DNA from: Trichoplax adhaerens
Lineage: Eukaryota > Animalia > Placozoa
Length of the DNA stretch: 64,000 nucleotides
Assembly (NCBI RefSeq): GCF_000150275.1
Contig: NW_002060949.1
Location: 5,203,006 to 5,267,005 of the forward strand
Reading direction: 5' to 3'
A program made the position numbers and the translations under genes. The notes under the pieces are model-generated. The model had not been told where the DNA came from. It saw nothing but the letters and a program-made list of their open reading frames with translations, and searched no databases. Within the stretch, counting starts at the first letter, position 1. Each line of letters begins with the position of its first letter. This document shows positions 11,516 through 24,254 of this stretch, piece by piece.

Positions 11516-14500
11516 ATGGGCAAGGAAGAAATTGGCGAGAAAAGAAAGTCATGGAAATTAGTTTTACTCTTTGTTAATTATTGCATTTTTAGTGTTGCAA
11601 CAACATTCGTCAATAAGGTAAAGTAGAGTAGGCTAGACAAGAAACGTTTCGCTTTAGTTTCGCTCTTGGTATCCAAGCCAACATCAACTTGACGACCTGA
11701 GCCTGTAAAATTTCTCAATTTATTCTTCATGAATTGATTCATGACATGTCTGTTATGATAGAATACTTTAATGTATGGATATATTGATACTATAGAAGAA
11801 TGCGTGTAGCGAACTCAAAAATAACCTACTGTCATTGAGTAAGAAAAGCACTTCGCTGCATCACTCACTCTAATACCATTCATTTATATCTACAGTATAT
11901 AACATCAACAACAAGGGTTAAAACCACTATGGCAAACCATTTTAGGCTACGTAGTTGCCTGCCATTTTATAAATTGGCTTAGGATTGATAATCTTCTATG
12001 TATGGTACCGAAAATAATCTTGCATCCATAGAATGTCGTCCATTCGTTGTTGACCTTACGCTTCTTATACTCTACAGTAGTTGTATACCATTCAACCGCT
12101 TATTGAAATACTGTCGAATAAATAACATCAAACTTTAAGATACGCTACTGTACAGTAAACTTGAATTATGTGGTGATATCGTCATACGGATACCTTAAAT
12201 TTCCATACTATAAAATCTATGAATACCATTTTCTGTTATAAACTGGGTACAATTTTACACAGTAGTCGAGTCCACAACATTCCTACAACGTTTACTCTGT
12301 ACTATTCGTTACATCAACTCTTGCAAATAAAAGATGATTTTTTGATGTTGATAGACGTAATATATGTACGTATTGGAATGTATGTGAAAGTTAGTTTACA
12401 GAAATTGCACGATGGTGTAGTTCTGTAAGTTCTTCCATATGCGAGAAAATATGGACCATTACCAGCATTATTACAACAGTTTATAACCATTACTGTTCTA
12501 TGGGTACAATTCGAATTCAGTTATCGATGATTGCTAAACTGAATAAATGATTCCTTTGTGATAATGATTGCCTAATTGGATAGCTTTACGAGTAATAAAT
12601 TATAAGAATGATCATCTAATACATAGCAGCGCAATAATTAAGATAAACTTATCTACATTTAACGATAAAATTAAATTGACAATGTGCGTGCTTAAAAATA
12701 ACAAATTCTGCTATGCCTTCAATATCTGATTTGACTATTTGCAATCCAATCACCTCTTTCTTGCCTTTCTCTATTTTAGTATGTTCTATCCGTGATTGGA
12801 TTTACTTTTCCAACCATATTCTTAAGGTATAGTAGTCCTAGCATCCTAAAGTAAAATGATCAAAATAAGAAGTTCGATATACTGTAACATAAATGATCCC
12901 AGATAAACTGGTTAGTATCTACACTGAAATTATAGACACAATATCTTGCCATACAGTATAGATTACTTCTTGTTACCAATTGTATACCATAGACCATCAC
13001 GAGTAAGCTAAATTGCTTGTAAATAACCAATAACTGAGAGTCAGTTTTACTGAAATAATCACAAGCATATCACTGTAGATTTTAGTTACAGACGATGTAT
13101 TCTAGACATCCTACTTTATGATTAATTGTTTTAACATATTGCCGAATGGGAATAACAGAGATAAATGTCGCCAAAACTATTATTTATTGATAGATACGTA
13201 TGCTTTTTGTTAAATATATCAAACATATCTTAATATAGAAATTATTTAAAAGTATTTATTGCTTCCCAATTTCTGATTCTTTCTATGTCGCATCGAATTG
13301 TTTTACTATATAATTATATTCAACTATTAGCTGGCAAACGGCAGTCGGTGTCTGTCTTTTCAAACTACTTGCAAGAATGGGTTATATAGACCTTGGCAAT
13401 ATTGATAGGTATGCTGGATGGCTATTACAAATACTATAACTTTCTCTTGTATACTACCTTTGTTACAATACGCATATAATGTCATATGTAAAATTTTCTT
13501 GCATACCCTACATGGGAACCCATAAAACAGTATCATTCTGATAGTCATATGCAATATTTGAATGGTTCTATTCACTTTGTTCCTAGGAGTTTGCTATTTT
13601 ACTCAGAAATAATACGGCTCTCAAACCGCATTTAATAACAGTACTAGACTAAGTGTAACAATTTCGTAAAAGTACATTTACGATAGCGCCAATATTCAAA
13701 TAAATTCTCTTAAGAGATATTATATCCATCACTGGCAGATTTTTATTATACTACTATTAACAAATATCACATTGGATGATGGTAGAATTTATTAAAACGA
13801 TATTGTACGCATTATTATATCTTTTAAATGATATATAAATTTCATTGGAATCAATTTTACTGTTAAGCAAGGAAATCTATATATCTTATTGCACAAACGA
13901 TGTATTTCTTGTGGCATGATTTACTTAGGAAAGCAGTTATTCAATGGCTACCTGCTATGATTTTATTTGTGTGTATGGCGTATTCTGGTTCAAGATCACT
14001 TTCAATGACTGTATGCATTAATAGATATGATTAATGTCTTTAAGAATAGGACTTATCAAATATTGTCAACTCAATATTATCTTATCGTGCTGTTGAAACT
14101 GTTGACTGATTTTATATAGATCCTTCCTGTATGGATAATTGTATATAATGTTGTATACGTATTAATAGCTTGCGGAGATTGGGTAATCCATAAAAAGGTA
14201 CAAATTTATTGGCCTTTCAATTTAAGTTTTCACCTCAATCTCGAACGATTAACACTGCAATGCAATCTTATCTATAGGTTCCAACGTTTGCCACTCAAGT
14301 TTGGTAATACTTTGTAATCTGGCTTACTAATCATCGTTAATTGTTTCAAGTAAAATTACTAAATAACTTTAATTTTATAGTGCAATTATAGTAGTATTTT
14401 CAGCTGTAATGGTTGGACACACTGATTCTCAGGTAAGTGATAATATGATCCACACCTTTGAGAGGCATTAAAGTTTTTAGTAGTTACCAAATCTTTAAAT

Positions 14501-15557
14501 AAACACACTACTATTAATTGAACAATAAATTCTATAAATCGATGTATCCTTTAATAAATGCTACAAATAATTAAACTGGGCGACAGTGTTTCACAATAGT
14601 GACCTTTGGGCTTTTACAGTTTGATGACATGGGATATGCATGGATGGAGTTTCACTGCTTTTGCGCTGGATTGTATACTTTATATGCACAGGCCAAGCAA
14701 GATGAGATCAAATTGAATGAATTTGCCAAATTATTTTTAAATTTTGTATTTACGTAAGAATTGCTTATGTGATGTTTCAATTTTTACCCTAGCCGCTAGA
14801 TTTCATATTTTTAATGACTTTCCTTGCTTAACCCTAACAGTGTTGCAGTTCTTCTCCCTTCAAGCTTTATAACAGGTTCACAAATACTACTGTAAAGGTT
14901 GAATTCGTGAGCGACATACAGAGATCTAATCAAATTCTGTTCAATTTTTTGATATTAACCGTATTGTAGGACAAATATATGAAGTTATTAAATTTCCTGC
15001 TATTTATTTTGGTAGATTTTATTTTGGCTGCTTTCTTAGGTAAACCAGTGCAGTTAGCTAATACAATTGACTAAAAATTTTTCACTACATAGCTTTAAAG
15101 AATCCACTTAGTTAATCCTACTTACATTTACCGTTTATTTTTCAAATCTAGTGGGATATTTGGGACAATGCTGAGCGTAACAAGTATATGGGTATTAAAT
15201 GAAACAAATACAACTACAGTTGGCATTATCAGCACTATAAATAAGGTTAAAAATATCTAGCAAATGAATCAAATTACCCATACTTAATAATATTCTCCTT
15301 AACTCTTCATATGAACTACCAGGTCCCAATGACTCTTTTGTCGGTAGTGCTTTTCAAAATGACTCATAATACAGAAAACATTGTTTGGTAATATGCCTTG
15401 GGTATACGATTATCATTCCAACATTAATTGTTCTAATATGGCTAATTTCTCATTTAATTCATTTAGCATCGCGTTTGGATTAGCTAGTGGATTTGCTTTC
15501 TTTGTTACTAAGTACCAAGATGTTAGCAGAGTTGCTCCCATGGTTTCAGTTACATAA
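11516..15557 (+). CDS. TMEM241: TMEM241 / SLC35D4-type nucleotide-sugar transporter
   Basis: About 13 short exons: ...FVNK-YVLSVIGFTFPTIFLS-WQTAVG...WLPAMILFVCMAYSGSRSLS...GYAWMEFHCFCAGLYTLY...FPAIYFGRFYFGCFLSGIFG..., collinear with TMEM241 (NKYVLSVLKFTYPTLFQGWQT; WLPASVLFVGIIYAGSRALS). Stop TAA at 15555-15557. Confidence 0.9.
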
Positions 15558-16885
15558 ATAGCCATGTAAAATTTATATCAAGCTACCGGATATAGCCCAA
15601 ACAATTCATGCACCTCGGAAACTTAAATCTAGTATATATGCTATTCTCTATTTCATAAGTATTAATATTGATTTTATTTCAAAAAGATGTCATTCCAAAA
15701 ATGTAACTAGATGCCAATTAATCTTGCCAATACAATCGCTGTAAAATGTTTAAATTAATCATTATTATAATTAACCAAAGTTATGGACGACTTGGTGGTA
15801 AATAAGAAAATATCTGGATTGAGTGCATATTGCCTCAGGCTTACCTCTAAGATTTAGTTTAGAATATTGTAATATATCAATTTTCTATTGATATTAGTGA
15901 TGCTTGGAGAATGTTAACCATTGGATACGAAATTATAGCAAATGTACAGTTTGTCCATTCCGTAGTACGATACCGTACATGTACTACTGCATCTTGTTGC
16001 ATTTAAGTAACATATAGTAAGCTTATAAGCAAATCTTACGCCGTACAAAACCTATAACAACAAAACGTATTGCTATACTTGCTTCAGTGAAGAGATTAGT
16101 GATCTGAAATGTACATATTAATGTTATTACAAATGATTACATGTGATGTAATTAATACACTCACCTATGTTTATATCATTAATATTAGCTCCTCGCATGA
16201 AGTATGTTTTCAGTTATACTTTACTTTAAATATCAATTACGAAGCGGTAAATTGGTAAAGGAATAAAATTGTGGTATTGTATAAATCAATGCCTATATCA
16301 TAATTCTATAACTCAGACATAAATTCTCTGTCTTACGGTACTATTACGATAAAATTAATTAATATCAAATATAGCATAAATTATCTAAATTAGTAGAATT
16401 GAAGGTATTAATATTGTACGTGTACGCCTATAAGTTGAATTGCATTTTTATTTAATCAGAAAATTCATTATGATATGCAAATAAAATATGAATAAGAAAA
16501 TTAATATTAGGTATTAAATATTGCAAACTTGATATCGATAATTTCTTGTATCCATCATTATCATGCAACTTAAAGTCAGTTAGTTTTGAATTGAAATTAA
16601 AATTTGCTCGGTTTTTGGTTTTTTATGTGAATATAATTAGTATCCTCATCTGATATACCATAAACAGAACCCAATAATTAGATTAATTATCTATTAGACT
16701 TTAATAAAAGTAAAGCTGCTATAGAATTACTACAAATATAACATATTATCAGAAAGGGCTTCATAAGTACGCAAAAATATTTCTCCATTTTTGGTTAATG
16801 TTAACTTGTATATAATTTTGGTTTATATAATTATAAATAATTACAGCAGCGATCGATATGACTTTTAAATTGTCATCATGTTGAA

Positions 16886-19800
16886 TCAATAACCTTTTTG
16901 CTGGAATTCCTTGATAGCTGCGATAAGAGCAGAGGCCAATGGAATATCATTAATAGTATGTCCTGCGTTACGGATAATTCGTAAATCTGCCTCTGGCCAA
17001 TTCTGGAAAAAATCATGTTATTATAGTTAAAAGATATTATGTTATTTGACGCTTTACAACAAATTTGAACATCTCAGATAACAGTAAGTTAAAATGTGTA
17101 AATTATGTATCGATTCTACTTAATATAGATACAACCTTGTGCAAATCCCAAGCTCGCTGAACTGGACATATGACATCATACCGTCCATGGACAATGATGC
17201 AAGGTATATGACGAATTTTATGGATATGCTTTAGCACATAATTCTCCTTGTCAGGGCTAAAAAATCCTCGGTTGGCAGCAAAGTGACTATAATAATTTTT
17301 TTAAACTTAGGTTATTGCCTGCTATTTTTGATACCACGAATACGTAATACTCATGTTAGTCCTCATATGATGATTCCATTAATTATAATAGTAATGGTGT
17401 TATCACAACGTATACATCGTTTATTGTTAATTCCAGTAATAACAAAAAGACGTAAAAAACTGTATTATTTTACTATCACTGCATTATATTCATTATAATC
17501 CTTAACCATAAAGTTATCATACTTGTCATGTCTTGCTGATAAGTAGATTACTTCATCGTCGAGACCCATACTAAGATCAACTTCGTGATCGTGTATTATG
17601 GAAAGTGCACAGCCCCAATGCGTCCACAGTTTCGCATATTTAATTCTAGTCTAATGTATATTCAAAAAGCAGTTACTCCAATAAATGTAGTACTTTACTG
17701 AGATATATAATTTATCGTATCAGATATACAGTAGAGATAGTGTTGCAATCTTATTACAAATTCTTTTAAAGCATAAGCATTAACCGCAACTGATCGTATT
17801 ACAAATATAAGCGATCTAAAGGCTACCTCTTTATCATCACTGTTTATTCGCCGCCAGTAAGCCATTACTATATCATCTCTCTCTGCCTACATTACCATAA
17901 TATAAAAGGCACCATGTTTAAAAACAATCGTGCAATAATGAATAGATCTGCTCTTAAGATGTATGAATGCCGTAAGATTATATCGTTATTAGACAAAACT
18001 AAGATGTTAACAACTAAAGGTTACATATATTTCATTATGACTTAATTCGTTGTAGGACCCATTTGATAGTACGACAAGTCATTTTATGTAAGTTAAGAAT
18101 AGTTGTGTTTGTAGTACCTCTGGAATTGCATTCGCGTAAGTCTCGAAGAATTCTGGAAGAATATTAGAGGCTCCAGCGTGGTAGATCCACTGGAGGTCTT
18201 TTCTTTGTACAGTAATTAAAATTAAAGCATAAAATAATCAATTGTATTCGCCAATCATTTCCCGTGCTATCTACTACAAACAATATCGCTTAACTAAATT
18301 TTTGATTACACAAGAAAAGACGAACTAGGAATAAAGTTAGATGCTTTGTACCCTTGTCCTAAAGTTACACCGCGTAGAATTAGACCAGTTACTCTATCTG
18401 GATAAAGTTCGCTGTAAATCATTGTAAGCGTTGAACCCCAACTGCCACCGAAAATTAACCACTTTTCGATTTCTACACCATAAGATACAGAATAAATTAC
18501 TTCTTACTCGAGGTTGCTTTTATTACTATCACTTTATTCGTATCTGTAGATAGCAATTGTAGTACTATATAGCCAAATCTAGACACCTTAATAAGTTATA
18601 CCTAAGAATTTTCTCAGTTTTTCATAATCTTCGACAACTTTCCAAGTGTCATTATCCTTCATTAAATAAGTAAAAAAATGTAATCGGAAGCAACAATGTT
18701 AGATGTTTACAAATACTGTCCCTTACCTTAATTTCACCGAAAGGTTTGGATCGGCCTAAGGCTCTTCTGTCTACCAAAATTGCTCGATAATACGAAGGAT
18801 CGAAAAATCTACGTTCTTTATCACAACATCCATTGGTACCTCCGCCGCCGTGACTACACGATAATTCAAGAGTGTAGATGTTGTCAGTAAGCGGTGCAGT
18901 GCATAAATTTTAAGTATACTACTATTATCGCAAATTTTAATATTGTTAAGAACAGCATATAAGTTGAATGTCTTTGCTGAAATTTTAATTACTTTAAACC
19001 TTTGTGAGGATAATGGATTAAATAGTTGTATATGGCTAAGCCATTTCGATACAGCTGTAGCCTTTAGGTACTAAATGATACTAAATAGAGCTTTATACAA
19101 TCGTCGTATTTTGTTTTTAGCTAAGTCAGTGTTATAATGTTGCTCACCTTGAAGATACTGTAATATTTGAGTCATACTTCAGCTACCAAAGAACTACAGA
19201 GGCCATAGCAGAGACTAAGTTATATGCATCTATCCATCATTGAAGTTATCTGTACTGTCATAACCTGTATATTAAAATCCGACTGTTATTGGTTGATCTG
19301 CTTTATACTATTTAATTCTAGATTAATGATAGCGATGGTGGGCCGTTTAATTGTATTCTTAAGCGGAATATAGCCGAAGCCATCATTCATTAACCCAAAT
19401 ATGTTTACATTAAATCGATAGTAAATTTGGGCATGAAATTATATCTGATGCCTTTATCCTATCCCCCAATTTCTTCTTTCCGAGTTAATTCATTCTGAAA
19501 TAATTTCATGCTATCAACTTGGAATGAATATTAACTGAATAAAACGATTGATTGTCCCAAAACTGTAGCTCAATAAATACTTATACTTGGCATCAGGCCT
19601 ACTTCTTCCATTACAAATTACAGTAATTGTAAATTAATCAATTTTTCCCTGGCCTGCTTGACATATCTGAGTACAGTATCTGAAGATAGGTACATGCGTA
19701 TGTAGTAGAATCATCAGCTAGAGAAATAGTCGATATTCTCGCGTATGCTCCTTTTCGATACAGTAGAATCGTGAACTAGAGAACTATTGGTATTCCTATG

Positions 19801-20150
19801 TGTGTTCTTTTGACTGTAGCATTTATTTCGATTCCCGTGTGTGTTCTTTTGATTGTGGTATTTATGTCCCTTACCGCACTTTACATTAATACTTGAACAA
19901 TCACACAGTACTGGCAAAGGACGGTAATACAGTCGAAGCTTAATTTGAAGTTTATTTTATAGGTATTTGTAAAATTCATGGATGAGATACAATAGTTAGG
20001 CCTAGCTTATGAATATACGTACACATATAAGATTGGTCTACCATTAGGATTTCCGATTTGCTCGTAGTAGATTTGATGAACATCAGATACTTTTAGATAG
20101 CCATTATTGTATGGCTCAATTTCAGGATAGAACGAATGCAATTGTGACAT
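16886..20150 (-). CDS. pip: Proline iminopeptidase (prolyl aminopeptidase, peptidase family S33, alpha/beta hydrolase)
   Basis: About 9 exons: FYPEIEPYNNGYLKVSDVHQIYYEQIGNPNGRPILYVHGGGG...RRFFDPSYYR...GRSKP...IEKWLIFGGSWGSTL...YPDRVTGLILRG...IVHGRYDVICP...AWDLHKNWPEADLRIIRNAGH. The Ser-Asp-His triad is present. Confidence 0.92.
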
Positions 20151-20518
20151 GATGATTATTGTCGTTTGCACTATCGTAGCTTTATTATTCAACACGTCTA
20201 CTCTTGCCAAGTTGATAGAATCGAGTACTATGTAAGTGTAATGGATGGATTGAAAAAAAAACTTGACAATGGTGAAACGCTACGATGATGATTTATAATA
20301 CTCGCAGTCCTCAGGTGGCGCCGTTTAGTCACTTTGAAATGACCTAGATGTTCTTAACCGCAATGCACTGAACTTGATGTGGGACAAAGTGTAATTTTGA
20401 TTGCAGCCAGATTCCTTGAAGATTTGTCTGCCTCGATGCAAGTGGAAAGGTCCCTGCTGTGAGGCTAATACTAAAAGAAAGAGGGGATCTTTTGCTGTTT
20501 TAGTACTGTAGTCCCTCT

Positions 20519-21400
20519 AAGGTACAGTAATGCGACCTTAACATATACAGTATACCGTATACCATATACAATCTATTAATTATCATGATCATTGATATTA
20601 GTAGGTGTATACGCGTATACTATACATCTACATCTTTATAGAGTGCATACTGTAGGTTATACATCTATTGCACATCTACATCTACGTAGAGTGCATACTG
20701 CAGCTTATACACACATCTACATTTACATCTGCATAGAGTTCATCCTGTAGGTTATGCATCTACATCTATATCTACATATAGTAGAGTGCATAGGTTATAC
20801 ATCTACAAATCTGTAAAGTAATGCAACCTTAACATATGCAGTATACCGTATAACATATACCACGTATTATCATTATCATTATATATATATATACGCGTAT
20901 GCTATACATCTACATCTGCATAGAGCGTATACTGCAGGTTATACATCTACATAGAGTGCATACTGTAGGTTGTACATCTACATTTATGTCTACATACAGT
21001 AGAGTGCATAGGTTATACATCTACAAATCTGTAAAGTAATGTAACCTTAACATATACAGTATACCGTATACTATAGTACAGTATATACCACGTATTATCA
21101 TTATCATTGATATAAGTAGATGCATACGCGTATGCTATACATCTACTTCTACATTTACATCTACATAGAGTGCATATTGTAGGTTATACTGTACATCTAC
21201 ACTTATATCTACATGGAGTGCATAGGTTATACATCTATAAATCTGTAAAGTAATGCAACCTTAGCATATTCATTATACAGTATACCGTATACCATATACT
21301 ACGTAGAGTATTATCATTATCATTACTATAAGTAGATGTATACGCGGATGCTATACATCTACGTCTACATCTACATAGAAATGGATAGGTTATACAGTAC
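20519..21400. repeat. Degenerate tandem repeat, 4 units of ~215-295 bp with internal (TACATC)n tracts
   Basis: The anchor aaagtaatgcaaccttaacatatacagtataccgtat recurs at ~20525, 20815, 21033 and 21247; catagagtgcatactgtaggttatacatctac sub-repeats. Confidence 0.85.
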
Positions 21401-22282
21401 GTCTAGTTCAAGTTGTAACTAGAGGTCCAAGATACAGCCACATACGATGTGCAGAACTACGCATTGTATGATTGTGTTGGATATTTGTGTAAATAACTCT
21501 TCTACAGAACTGTATACAATGCAAATTATGTCATTTGCAATTGCTGTACATTGAATTGAAGGTTGGTTCAATTAATTGATTCACTAATTTCTCATTCAAT
21601 TGGTTCAAGACCAATGAGTGGCAAATAGAGTAGGATGCTATCAATACCGTAGTCTAGTAGCAGTCTGTGATGACTGTAGCATGACTTGAAGGATTTCCTC
21701 TTGATTATTGCATACTAGAAGAAAATGCGCCTTTTTTTTTCTAGTCCAGTAGGCCATGCAATGCTGTGTTGACAAGAGTGCTAGGACTGCAGTTTGTGCC
21801 CTACCACTGGGCATAATTATCAGCCACTAGCTTAATTAATTAATTTAATTTTATGCAAGACGGTGTTGGATTGCAATAGTACACTACGCCATTAATATTT
21901 GCAACATGTTACTCGTCAATAGTAGATCAACTCATGAATGAGTCATAATACAGTAGTATTAAACAAGCGAAAGTCGATTCCACTCCGCATCTGCAGAGCA
22001 GACCAATCAGGGTGATTCAACTTTCTCCATACGGATCATACTATACCGTACAACGTAGAGTACTGTACAAGAGGTAAAAATTGTAGAGCATGCTAAAATT
22101 GTCCTGTAGTACGATTCCACATACCACTTTGAAGACCATTGGTTGCATGCTGGACAATTTTTCTTTTCCTGGTCTATGATATAAAAAGGGTAAAAAAAGA
22201 TACTCCACGTTGGAGAGTTAGCCTTTCTGTTGGTCGTAGTCGTCTGAATTATTCTCTTGATATCTAATATAGTGGACTGTAG

Positions 22283-23985
22283 ATGTATAGTATGTCGGAA
22301 AGAAAGGATAGGAGAAATCGTGACCACGATCGTGATCGATATCATCGAAATCGTGATGATGATCGAAACAGCTATGACCGCCAGCGTAGGAGACCGATGG
22401 ATAGGGACCGCGATAGAGCGCGAGATCAGGATACTAATCGTGATCGAGATTATGAACGCAATCAAAGCAATACGAGGGAATGGGATCGGGGTAAAGATCG
22501 TTTTCCAAATAGAAGGTAAGCGTAATGCCGATCATACACTATCTCTAGAATGATCAAGAACAGTTACCATGCACACCTTGATTGGAGCAAAAGATCGATC
22601 GACCATTGTATTGTAGATGAAGGCTACTTTGTTACCTTTTACTCTTTCAATAACATCGATGATGATGATCGACTACTAATAGAATAGGCTTACCGCTTAC
22701 CAGCTCTGTAAATCAAAAAAAAAAACAATCAATCAATAACGTCGACTTGATGAAAAGTATCCATTTGTAATTCGAGCGTATTGACTTGTGTTTGCTAATT
22801 TTCCAACTATACGTAGTAATTACGGATCAAGAGGCAACGACGAACATCAATATTCCAACAGGAGAAACTTTGATGATAGAAGAAGCAACTACCAAAGAAG
22901 GGATCGTCCTTTTGGACGTGGTCGCGGCCGTCGCTATGACGGTTTTCACGCTGGTCAAGAAGATAATAGACGCAATAGATTCAATGATGGCGATCGGCCG
23001 AGATTAGATAATAATAGAGGTAGTAACTTTAGAGGTGCTACTGGAAATCGCCGAGGCAACGATCGTCGAAGACAAGATTTTGTAGCTGATCCTACAGACG
23101 TACCTAGAGGCAGACAATATTTTGAGGTACAGTAAATTATCTTGGATCGATAGACTATTGTTTCCACAATATTCGATAGCCACTGTACAGTCAAATAACC
23201 AAAAACAGCAACTTGGCTATACATTGATCATGTTAACAGTGGAATAGGATAAGGCCTCATCGGCTGCTTGCTTTTTCAACATGAATCTATCCTTCTTATT
23301 TATGATCGTCTTGCTAGAGATTTTAATCTCTGATTGTATTATTGTCCATTAATTAGCAACGCTTGCAGTAGAGATTCCGTACAAGAATCTCATGTTTGCA
23401 TTGCAACGCAATCACTCTATCTAATTCTTAAATACTGTTCATATACCCTGATGGGATACAACATTATCGCTTTTCAATACAGTTGTAATAACTAGCTCCT
23501 TACTATCCAATCAAGAAATCAAATACCTTCTCCTAGTAGTAGTAGGCTAGTAGCTACGTTGGTGATTTAGCAGGTTTATTCTAAAGACCTACAGTCTACA
23601 GTAGCAGAGTTTGGATAGGATGTAACTTGTCGGTCTCTTCTTGTACATTATTTTACTTCTAATACGGTAATTTGTATACACGTCCTTCGTATATAGCATG
23701 ATAATCGATATGATAATCGTTTCAATCGTCGATCCAACAATTATCGAGAGGAAGACAACAAATGGCAGCATGACAAGTTCACTACTGAGGATCATCATGA
23801 TGATACTAAGGTATTGTGAATTCATTTGTTTTCAATTTTTGCATACTACATCATTTACTAGCGCAGCTTAATATCAGTTATGATATGATGAATAACAATT
23901 TCTTTAATAATTATAATTAATACACTTATAGACCGATAAAATGGAAGATGTCGAAATGAAAGATGTGGAAGTAAAGTCTGACTGA
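22283..23985 (+). CDS. Small RD/RG-rich protein with Btz (CASC3)/THRAP3-BCLAF1-type C-terminal motif
   Basis: Exons 22283(or 22292)-22515, 22817-23126, 23697-23810, 23932-23985; RD dipeptide and RGRGR regions followed by DPTDVPRGRQYFEHDNR...KWQHDKF. Confidence 0.75.
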
Positions 23986-24254
23986 AAAGGATGCAGATAG
24001 GCAAAGTTATACCTTGGAATTTTCATTAAATTTATTACTCCAAAAAACTATTGTACAGGATAATCAAATAAACAGTAACTTATATAACAAGACAACAATA
24101 AAACTAAGTGAAGCCTTAATGCTAAAAATATTGGTTGCTCCTTTGGTGAGCACAATTTAATTTAAAATCACATTTTGTTTAGTTCCTAGCTCCGGAGAAA
24201 TCAGATTCTTTTAGATTATTGTTAATTACAGTTCTATCGAAGCGTTCATTGCTG

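Noticed and set aside
21660-21720. GTGATGA C-box-like motif
   Set aside because: No matching CTGA D box at a suitable distance, and the location is intergenic.
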